Both the position numbers and the translations under genes were made by a program. A stretch of DNA of 64,000 bases from a bacterium. Its GTDB lineage: Bacteria; Patescibacteriota; Microgenomatia; Curtissbacterales; GWA2-41-24. The notes under the pieces are model-generated. The model was not told the DNA's origin. It saw only the letters and a program-made list of their open reading frames with translations, and did not search any database. This document shows positions 20,501 to 28,400 of this stretch, one piece after another. The stretch covers positions 7,941 through 71,940 of the forward strand of contig JAKALT010000004.1 in the NCBI GenBank assembly GCA_021813125.1, read 5' to 3'. Position 1 is the first letter of the stretch. Each line of letters begins with the position of its first letter.

Positions 20501-21249
20501 CCGTTAAAGATAATTTGGTTGCTGGGCATAGCGAAACAGGTGTGTCTTACGATGGTCTACTTAAGGACAAAATGAAAAACATTGAGAATGGAAAGAGGCT
20601 GGATATAGAGGATAAAGACGACAAGTCATGGTTAAGAGGAGCTTCTGTCGAAGAGCTTATGCAAGACGGTGAGTTGACTTTGGAGGAAGTAAAGTGGAGT
20701 GAAATATTCAGCCATAATGATAAAGTTGTTAAGAAATTTAACATGGGCGATTGGTGGGGAGACCGGGCGGCAGCGCACAAATATTTTAATACAGAGGCTA
20801 TGCAGCAATACTTGAAGACACCTAACACCGATTTATTTTTCAAAATGAATGAAAGTATTTTCTATTCGAAGCGGGAAATTAGAATTCAGCCCTGGATGAA
20901 GCTTGTTATACCTGCCCACCAGGATTTGGGGCGGCATTGGCAGGAATGGTGGAAGCTTCCTTATGACATGCCGCACCGCGAAATAGAGAGAGTGATTGAC
21001 AAGGCCGCTAGACTCAATATGATTCGATATGCTTATGTTAGCAACATGAGGGGTCAATACTTAGGTTGGGGGCCGTTCAGCGGTAATGATTTTTTTGGTC
21101 TGGCTATGAAGGCTAGGTTTATCGCAGAGGCTGCGGATCGAGGTGCCCGGGAAACAGGTAAAGACAGTTGGCAGATGCCATTTGGATGGGGTTATGAGAT
21201 TTTCAGACTAGCTATGCAGCAGTCACAAGCCCAGCTAGCGGGCAAATAA
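17557..21249 (+). CDS. Large charged hypothetical protein (1230 aa)
   Basis: Long uninterrupted ORF, no signal peptide or TM, no motif recognised. Confidence 0.85.
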   Translation: MAERIVAYDGQNGYAQDRGLFSMPGKEPGETPRPEITPPIKQPRGEAPQLLGGGLVDELRKIQEQLGRPEDRAEKPEADEGSQARKRYRRRGLEPRVPNAPASEPTIVPTAKDPVIIPSFPHFENCSSEQIKATLERHGVKVDVPSEEEWRKMNKLEKARWAESHHIINVTAIPDEVTVAKSTKGGIIISGLREDSAVNSRYLEEVIKQSGLEFDVEFPKGFDEKSYKDKLRWCKDHGLKIGPAIAGAEVVGTAVPVPPPAMYDDNDKVDVATAYRRLGKIRDSAERLGVTPNVTDIDQLQSRIRSIDAQRRIAELGSKEEIENRLIELQHIEARFGPVDFKVKGFDEEQKLLYEMMRVSINKDGRINDVLETLRNLEIQIDKGEISADDPEYRVWRGYLNHILGHVRTSEGIKRNFRFVFNASKAIDDFAKVNHDGGTDVLLNRVISKKERDDVRDATDSIDAHFQGKEAAYKNPGKRDALRTLYEEVDTAATSYRSSITYGSLTGMKDVETRLFDVEGAPVYEAAKNEQAGEKGLVEWHAVKTLEEMNIQQIGQNEMDVPLDWHDSKRNVDNNLRYAESGDFSEQDLRAIQDRISKIQSSLAQRVNQMKGESEAEKEERGNAEDMLSDINDLKDAVLAIYDLRLAMEGKDMNPEEVVQHFGSHIWKDTTFQTYFKRFAKDENNQAFRDGKGEFNIQDRAMQVLFKQLAQERRDLNLLEAMTIVDITTEFKPGDARYAEMARIMGRGNRTNAFSPDEVKKIEELRKAMYRGMEKHHYNPGDWGQGNSSEMLQETGQMKDVINDWYRNNTFLGAYGTYEGDDPKYQGKQNIDFFRGKLLDDFEARLVADGVDKGSIAEYKNSGLLNQVVNNAYHLSFSLGAFSDYDGIRVWDRKAVWFTNEQRGEVYRLGSYVFNNGSSWFHGRMVDHYTEFLQDEFRGRPRDANFEFTKNMIGKNRSVLGHNRLLSKIILDNLSQGSVDPTVKDNLVAGHSETGVSYDGLLKDKMKNIENGKRLDIEDKDDKSWLRGASVEELMQDGELTLEEVKWSEIFSHNDKVVKKFNMGDWWGDRAAAHKYFNTEAMQQYLKTPNTDLFFKMNESIFYSKREIRIQPWMKLVIPAHQDLGRHWQEWWKLPYDMPHREIERVIDKAARLNMIRYAYVSNMRGQYLGWGPFSGNDFFGLAMKARFIAEAADRGARETGKDSWQMPFGWGYEIFRLAMQQSQAQLAGK

Positions 21250-21265
21250 TTTTCCCGATCAAGTT

Positions 21266-23707
21266 TTAGGTTGGATTAGTTTCTTCTTGACCAGGCTGAT
21301 TGCCGCGTGGTCTAGCGAAAGCATCACTTATCCTCTTCGCTTGAGTCTTTTGTTGTTGCCTTTGCATAGCCCATCTTGCCGGGTATGCGGCGGCTGTTGC
21401 ACCGGCACCTAATGCTCCACCGATTGCTGCACCGGCGTTGAGGCCGCCCGGGCCGCCTTTGGCACCCATGGCGTTTTTAACCATTTCGGCGGCTGAGGGG
21501 GTGATAAGTAAGAAACCGATGCCGATTAATTTTGGTATTTCGCCCATACCGCCGGTTAGAAGCGGGAACTGGCCAACCTGCTCCGGGGTGATGATACCTT
21601 GTCCTTGGCCGCCGAGCGCTGAAATCCCGCCTATTATTCCGGCAAGCATGAACATCAGGGCAGTTACCGGAAAGACGGCGACATTGGAAGCCATTTGTTT
21701 AAACCATTCTTTGGCACCGTTATTGCCCGGTAGGGCTTGGATAAGGAAAAAGAAAGGGGCGAATATGGTCAGAATAATGATCATGACGTAGGCCATAAGA
21801 AGCATTAAAAAGACCCTGAACATAATATACAGTATAGTGGCGCCAACGACAAGTCCTGCAATAGTGCCACCGGTCCAGCCAATTGTCTTTTCTGCAAGAT
21901 CTCCGAGGATACCTCCAGGTAATTTTAATGATCCTTCTATGACACCGTCTATTGCTTTGGCCACAGTAAAAACAACTTGCTTCCATGTATCACCCCAAAG
22001 AAGTCCGAAGACATTATGCTGAAATATAAAATCACCTGTTGTTAGAAGCCCGGTTGCGACAAGAGCGCTTATCATAATATTTAAAAACAGGAACATCAGA
22101 TCGATCATGAAGCCGGCAATGGCATAGCTGAATGTGACCAAAATAAGGGCGACGACAATTCTGGGAATAGAATCCTGGACTGTGGCAACTGCTTGGGGTG
22201 AAATGTGGGCCCTGAACATGATCATAAAGCCCATGATAACGAAGACTAGGATGAATCCGATGTAGGAAATATTGCGGAAAGCGACCCAGATTTTTTGGAC
22301 CGGCCCGAGTGCCTGGTAGCCAATACCGCCTGGGTTGTTTCCTCCGGCACCGGCAAACGCGGGTTGGACCGGGTCAAGGTCATGGATTTTTTGGGCAAAA
22401 TATGTCACCCCGGAAGCAGGCGGTGCGGCGTAAAGTGATGCTACCATGCGGCCGGACAGGGCAAGAGCCCCTTTGCCGTTTATTGATGAGATTTTGTTTA
22501 AGTGCTGGTTTTTGCTAGAGCATCCAAAGAAGCTGAAGTACAGGAAGTCGAAAGTGTCGCCCCCCTGGTTATAAGTAAAGATGTTGCTGTCATAATAACC
22601 GTTTTGAATCGCGTCGTTGTTGACTGTGTCCAGCCAGGGGTTTTTCACTATTGGGCAATTTGAGGCACCTGCAACTGTGCTTGGAATCGTGAAATGGACA
22701 ACTGTTGAAACTGCGTTGAATATAGCAAAAACGGCGGCACAATATGATCCGTTTGGAAGCGACCATGACCAATTAGTTGTTGGAGATCCGACGGCGCCTA
22801 GAGCGCCACTATCTTTAACTACCGTTCCCGTGGTGTCGTCTTCTATGATGATACCGGCATTACCTGTTGCACCCACACCGGATGGGTCGGAAAAGGCGAA
22901 GGTAACAGTGTTCCCGCTAACATTGTCGGCGATTTTCCAGTCCGTGTTGGCTGGTGTGATATTGCAGCCAGTGCCAGGGGTTGGTGTTGGAGTTGGGCCG
23001 GCGGGGCCGACGTTTAAGATGTTGCTTGAAAGTCCTGGAATTACACATTGAGTCGGTGGGCTAGTGGAATTATCCTGGACAAAGACCGTATAATTTCCGC
23101 CGCTTGCAGGGGCGGTGAATGTTAAACTTGCAGCAGGGATATTACCACTTTGAGTAGCGGGATTTGATAAAACAGTACCCGAACTATCTTTTAAACCTGC
23201 TGTAAAAGGATTTCCGCTAACACCATTTATATTTTGTATGAAGAATTGTCCACTTGGCGCTACCGATGTAGGAGTGAACGTAAAGGCACACAATGGTGCA
23301 CCACTTACAGGAACTGTAAAAATTACTTCGTTAGAAACCAATGTCAAACCGACTACTATTGAAACCTTAAATCTACCGTCAGGAGGGTGAACTGCGATAT
23401 TCCAATCCGTTGTAGAAACAGTTAATTGGGTTTTACCCAGGAGAGATACACCATGTGCGGCACTGTCGTACACAGATGGGTGTGTGGGGTCGTCCCAATC
23501 AACGATTATCAAAACTGCGGCTGATGTGCCAGGATTGTCCCATTTAATGGTTACGTTGTTTCCTGACCAGGTTGGAGGATCAACTATATTGAAAAATGCG
23601 GCATTGGAAGGTTTAGTGGCAAAGCCCGATACAAGGAAAATAAAAGCGACGACGAAAAAGGATAGTAAGTATTTAGAAAACCACGGCAGTTTTAAATTGG
23701 GCTTCAT
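21266..23707 (-). CDS. VirB6/TrbL-like polytopic membrane protein with N-terminal Ig-like domains
   Basis: Signal peptide, beta-rich N-terminal repeats, then IWVAFRNISY...IPRIVVALILVTFSYAIAGFMID...IILTIFAPFFF...WFK, with a Gly-rich tail. Confidence 0.7.
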   Translation of the reverse strand: MKPNLKLPWFSKYLLSFFVVAFIFLVSGFATKPSNAAFFNIVDPPTWSGNNVTIKWDNPGTSAAVLIIVDWDDPTHPSVYDSAAHGVSLLGKTQLTVSTTDWNIAVHPPDGRFKVSIVVGLTLVSNEVIFTVPVSGAPLCAFTFTPTSVAPSGQFFIQNINGVSGNPFTAGLKDSSGTVLSNPATQSGNIPAASLTFTAPASGGNYTVFVQDNSTSPPTQCVIPGLSSNILNVGPAGPTPTPTPGTGCNITPANTDWKIADNVSGNTVTFAFSDPSGVGATGNAGIIIEDDTTGTVVKDSGALGAVGSPTTNWSWSLPNGSYCAAVFAIFNAVSTVVHFTIPSTVAGASNCPIVKNPWLDTVNNDAIQNGYYDSNIFTYNQGGDTFDFLYFSFFGCSSKNQHLNKISSINGKGALALSGRMVASLYAAPPASGVTYFAQKIHDLDPVQPAFAGAGGNNPGGIGYQALGPVQKIWVAFRNISYIGFILVFVIMGFMIMFRAHISPQAVATVQDSIPRIVVALILVTFSYAIAGFMIDLMFLFLNIMISALVATGLLTTGDFIFQHNVFGLLWGDTWKQVVFTVAKAIDGVIEGSLKLPGGILGDLAEKTIGWTGGTIAGLVVGATILYIMFRVFLMLLMAYVMIIILTIFAPFFFLIQALPGNNGAKEWFKQMASNVAVFPVTALMFMLAGIIGGISALGGQGQGIITPEQVGQFPLLTGGMGEIPKLIGIGFLLITPSAAEMVKNAMGAKGGPGGLNAGAAIGGALGAGATAAAYPARWAMQRQQQKTQAKRISDAFARPRGNQPGQEETNPT

Positions 23708-23823
23708 TGCAGGCTGTCCCTCCTACGCTAAAGCTACGAAGGATAAACCTTCGCTTTTTTAGACTCGAACTAATTCCATATTAGGCAGAAGGGCTATGGG
23801 AAGTCAAATAAAGATTGGAGATT

Positions 23824-23871
23824 AAGGTCAGGCCTTTTTCCAAGTCATGGCTTAGGATAAGGCCTGACCTT
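23824..23871. repeat. REPIN-like inverted repeat copy 3
   Basis: AAGGTCAGGCCTT-N22-AAGGCCTGACCTT; the right arm runs into TTGACA (23870-23875). Confidence 0.9.
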
Positions 23872-23915
23872 GACAAAGGAATCTTAACGACTGAAAATTA
23901 GTTAATAAATTAATA

Positions 23916-24061
23916 TTTGGTGCGGGGAAGTGTAGTTTGAATCTACCACTGTGCCGCAAGGGTAAACAAGTCCCAGTACCGCATCAAATTTTACTAAATC
24001 CCGAGCAGGATAATCGTCTAAATAAACGACTTTAACCTTCTTGGGATCAAGGAGGTTTTTT
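23916..24061 (+). ncRNA. Cobalamin-riboswitch-like leader RNA with expression platform
   Basis: Closing stem TTTGGTGCGG/CCGCATCAAA, GGAA junction, GTAG-TTTGAAT-CTAC hairpin, CACTGTGCCGCAA, GGG-TAAACAAGT-CCC, AGTA. Downstream hairpin ATCC-CGAGCA-GGAT and terminator-like AACCTTCTTG-GGAT-CAAGGAGGTT followed by TTTT. Confidence 0.6.
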
Positions 24062-25331
24062 GTTGAAGGAAGCAAATGTTTGTCTGTTGAAGGCCGATGA
24101 TCCCTGCTACCGGAGTGAGGTAGAAGTTGACAGGTTCTCGGTAACGCCTCTAGAACCCGATGAGGCTGACCTGGCGTTTAGGCCGTCTCTTATTAAGCAT
24201 CGCTACAGTGAATTTATAAACTACGGATTTAATGAATTCGAATCATATTGCCGTACTTATAATTTGACCAGGAGTGATTTAACTTCTTACTTTTTGGAAC
24301 AATTTGCCAAAAAAAATTTGGTTGGTTTTGAATACCATTTTGAAACGACAGATGATGGGTCGGTTAATATGGTTTCCACCCATTACGAACAGTCTGGTGA
24401 CGTCTGCGATAGCTTCGCAAGAGCTCGAGACGAAAGGCGATTGGCTGGCTTAGATTCCTCACGTGAGGAGGCAGAGCTTGAAGGTGTAAGAAAGATAAAA
24501 TCAGAACTTCTACAAGAGGGAAAAGATGCAACTGTTCTTTTGGTAAGCAGGCCTCCTGAAAAAAATCAAAACCGTCCCGGTTATGCCGGCTACAGTTTCA
24601 TTTATTTTGGAAAATACGATACCAAGACCGGAAATCTGCCAATGTATGCTTGGAGAAATTACATGACAGTAGACGAGCAAAATGAGTTACGAAGAGAATT
24701 TTTAGGCTTTGAAACAGAGAAAATGAAGGATGCAAACGATTTTTTAAGAAATCCGGCTTTTTCCTTTGGAGAGGAAGGGAATTATGCCTTTGACAGATTA
24801 AGATTTCGGGCAGGAAAAGAAGTAGCAGATCTTTACGATTACAGGTCTGAAGTTGTTGATAGAGCTGCAAAGGAGCTTGTCGATCTTGCGGAAGCAGGGG
24901 TAAGCGATTGGCGTATGAACATCGCCCAAGCAAATATCGAACTTGATTTTATTGAGGCAATTGAAGGAAAACGCAGTTTAAAGTTAGAACCTTCGTCTAA
25001 AACGGAAAGTTTTAAATCCGATGCGGAGGCTTACGGATATATGGTGGCTAGAAAGAAAGATATGGAATCAAAATATAATTTGGCTTCTTATTCGGGTGGA
25101 GGCTGTGGGCGATCAATATTTGCTTCGGTTGGCGGTGAGGCCGAAGGCGCAATAGGTTTGATACCGACACTTGCTATTTCTGATTTGCACTTAAACGGTC
25201 GGGAATATTCAGCGAATTTTAATTGCCCGAAGTGTAACGGAAAGATTATATCTGGACGAGGAATTACCACTTGTCCGCACTGTGGATTTACCAAAGAACA
25301 AGCGGCCAAAGAAATGGGAATTGCCTGCTAG
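24060..25331 (+). CDS. Hypothetical protein with C-terminal Zn-ribbon
   Basis: 423-aa ORF ending CPKC-x10-CPHC. SD AAGGAGG at 24049-24055 fits a TTG start at 24063 better than 24060. Confidence 0.8.
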   Translation: MLKEANVCLLKADDPCYRSEVEVDRFSVTPLEPDEADLAFRPSLIKHRYSEFINYGFNEFESYCRTYNLTRSDLTSYFLEQFAKKNLVGFEYHFETTDDGSVNMVSTHYEQSGDVCDSFARARDERRLAGLDSSREEAELEGVRKIKSELLQEGKDATVLLVSRPPEKNQNRPGYAGYSFIYFGKYDTKTGNLPMYAWRNYMTVDEQNELRREFLGFETEKMKDANDFLRNPAFSFGEEGNYAFDRLRFRAGKEVADLYDYRSEVVDRAAKELVDLAEAGVSDWRMNIAQANIELDFIEAIEGKRSLKLEPSSKTESFKSDAEAYGYMVARKKDMESKYNLASYSGGGCGRSIFASVGGEAEGAIGLIPTLAISDLHLNGREYSANFNCPKCNGKIISGRGITTCPHCGFTKEQAAKEMGIAC

Positions 25332-25370
25332 GGTATTACATTTGACAAATGACGGGCAGGCCACCAGGTA

Positions 25371-25416
25371 AAGGTCAGGCCTTTGTCAAGATCAACCAAA
25401 GTTAAGGCTTGACCTT
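25371..25416. repeat. REPIN-like inverted repeat copy 4
   Basis: AAGGTCAGGCCTT-N20-AAGGCTTGACCTT between convergent genes. Confidence 0.88.
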
Positions 25417-25435
25417 GAACAAAGGTGTCTATGAC

Positions 25436-28400
25436 TCAGGTTGATTTATTGCTGGAGAAGATTACCAGGCCTGTCCCGCAATTTGGGGCACAAACTGTTT
25501 CTTGGTAAGTTGTTGAAGGTTGGAGGCCGGTGAAGGTTGCTTGAGGCAGTGTTGAGTTGTCGTTTATAGTCTGAGTCTTGCAAAGACTTCCTGCCGCACT
25601 GCAGCTTGAAAAAGAAGCAGGGTAAACAACGGCAACGTATGACCAACCCCAAGACATCGAGGCGCTGCCGTCCGCATTGGCTCTTGTACCGCCCGATTTT
25701 ATAATGGGCCCAGTTCCGTCTGTCACTCTCACCTCAAAGATGAGTGATGAGCCAGGCCAAAAGATAAACTTCGGAGTTGAACAGGAAAGACTAGTACTTC
25801 TGCAGTCGGAAGTTTTTTTGTTTACATCAACGAAACCGGCGTAACCCCATGGTCTTCCCCAGCTGAGGTTGAGGCTTGTATTCGGAGGGGTTGGTGTAGG
25901 GGTAGGCGTTGCCTTTGGGGTAGGTGTTGGTGTGGGCTTCGGGGTTGGAGTGGGTGTGGCTTCAGGAGGCAAAGTTGGAAGCGGTGTCGGTGTAGGTGTC
26001 GGACCGGGTGTCGGGGGTGGCGTGGGTGACGTTGTCGGATTTGGTGTCATGGTTGGTTTTGGGATACAGCTGGTATCGATATTTTGATAATGCTGCAGAA
26101 CAAGAGGTTTTAAGGCCATGTCACGGACGAACATTTTGAAACAGTCGGTTGAGCCGATTAAGGGCTGTTTACCTTCGCCAGTTGTATCGCCGAGAACGTT
26201 TGAAGTTGACACACCTAAGGAGGCGCCGCCTACCTGGCCAGGGAGTTTTTTGGTGAGGCCGGAGATAATCGATTCAGCCATTAATGATGCACATGTTTTA
26301 AGGGCGGGAAGGTTCAGTAAATTATCCTCTACACATTTCTTGATCTGTGGAAAGTTGTCAGATTCCGGCAGGTTAGCCCAGTTGAGTAAGCCGCTGCAAT
26401 CTCCAGCTTTGCATTGATCCAGTAAATCTTGGAGATGTGCAGCAAGAGGGTCTTGCTGGCCTTGATTAGCGCTTTGTAAGACAAGATTGGGTGTAAAAAA
26501 CGCGTAAACACCCGGCCGGCCGGTTTTTTGAATTGAATTTGGCCCATCAATATTCTCTGCAGTGTCCGAGGCAAGGGTGTGATTCCAGATTTCACCGATC
26601 CAGGGAATCCTAAACACCGGCCAGACACTGACTGTTGCCGTACAGGTTTCTATTCCTGCTGTTATTGCACAACTATCCCACTGGCCGTTGCCGGAGGTTG
26701 GCAAATCCATTTGTTTGGAAAAGGTAAATGTAATGTTGCAGACGACGTTGGTGTTTTGGGGATCCAGCTGATTTGGGTCGTTGGCGTTTGGTTGGCTGCA
26801 GGTGCCCGCAGGAAGTTGGCCCGCCGGAACTGCACAATAGGGGGCCGTCCCGGAGCGGCCGTTTCCGAGCACTTTTACGCATGTAGGATCAGAAGCAGCG
26901 TAGGCATTTTTGATCGGGTGGATGTTTTCGATTTGCAGGTAGCTGACGACCTTTTTTAAGGCTTTGGTTAGCGGGTTTTGGGAGGCCAGGAAAACGCATC
27001 TTTTGATGATTTTAGCGAGTACGTTTTGGGTGCCTTGAGTTGAGGCTTGAAGGATCAGGTTGTTTTGGGTAGACTGCGCGATTTTAGGGGCAAGCATCAT
27101 ATTGGTTATGCCGGTTGTGGCAGCAGCGCGGAAAGTGTCGGGCATAATGAAGGTAATTGGCGGTCTGGAGTCAAATGGCACTGGGCATGTTCCTCCATTT
27201 TTAATTTGCGTTATCATGTCGCTTCCAACACCTACTTTAAATTCCAGTTTTCCCTCGTAGTATTCGTTGTAGGCTGTTGGAATTTTTACCCAATAAGGCC
27301 CCCATGTTGACTGGAAATTAGCTGAATCTGGGTTTGGGGCCCCCCATTTTTGGACCATGTCATAGATTGTATGAGGGTTCAGGCCGTTAACATCGGTTAT
27401 GATACTTGTCGATTCGGCCAAAGTAGGCTTGTTGTAAACGTAGTTGACGTATTTGACTCTCAACTGGTTGGTCAAGACTTTTGAGCCCGCTTTTTGATTG
27501 GGGCCAAAAAAGTTGTCACGGTCTTCGGTTGTTACTGAGGTTAAAGGAGCTTGTTGGTGGTTTGGGTCCTGATAACGGCCTTCTGTGTAATTTGAATTAT
27601 TGTCGGCAAAAATTGCCTGCAGTTTGGACATGTCGAGGGTGAAGGTGAATTGTTTATTTGGAGGGTCTGTAACAGCTGTAACGGTTGAGCCGGGAGCGCC
27701 GGTACCTTTGATGGTAAATGTGAAGTTAGGGTCTTGAGGGTTGCCCTTGTCGTCTGTAATGTAATGGTCTGTCAGGTTATCGGTTTGAACTGCGTTACTG
27801 CAAGCTTCGGGTTTAGGTGGTGGGGGAGGCGTGGGGGTAGGATTAGGCGTTGGTGTGGGAGGTGTGCTAGAAAGTGTGATTCTAACCGCATTGGAAATTT
27901 GGGCTGTGAAGTAGGTTAAGGCTGCACAGAAAGTTCCGTTATAACCATTCCATATTTGCGAGTTGCCGCTTACATGGATATTCCCGCCGGTAGCCGGCAG
28001 TCCGGTATTAGCATCAATTATATTTAAATAAACTTCTTGAGATGAGAGTATTGGGAGGCTTAAAGAGCCGTTTTCAAAGGTGAAATTAGCGTTTGTGCCA
28101 CTTATTGATGGTGGATCTTTGAGCTTATACTGACCTGTGTTTATTTGGTTACACTCACCGGGAGGTGGCGGACCACCGATAGTGAAATTTGGTGTTTTTG
28201 CAAGGACAGAAAAGCCGTAAACCAACCCTCCGCAGTATGTACCTGGCGGCGCACTGTTCCAAATTGTTGTGTTTGGCGAGCCGATGGGTAGCGGACCTGA
28301 GTCGAAGGCGGGTGGCACGGTGAAGTCACAGTTGGGTGCTGCCCAAACCCCGAAGTTACCATTGGGAGGTGTATGGGAAAAGGTAACAGTGTTGCCGCTA

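Noticed and set aside
23716-23750. Small imperfect hairpin TCCTACGCTAAAGCTACGAAGGA, and CCCTTCGGTAAACTCAGG near 61950
   Set aside because: These resemble REP-like motifs but occur once each in the window, so a repeat family cannot be supported here.
25880-26060. GGTGT-like tandem repeats
   Set aside because: They encode Pro-Thr linkers of the large protease with varied codons; not an independent DNA repeat.
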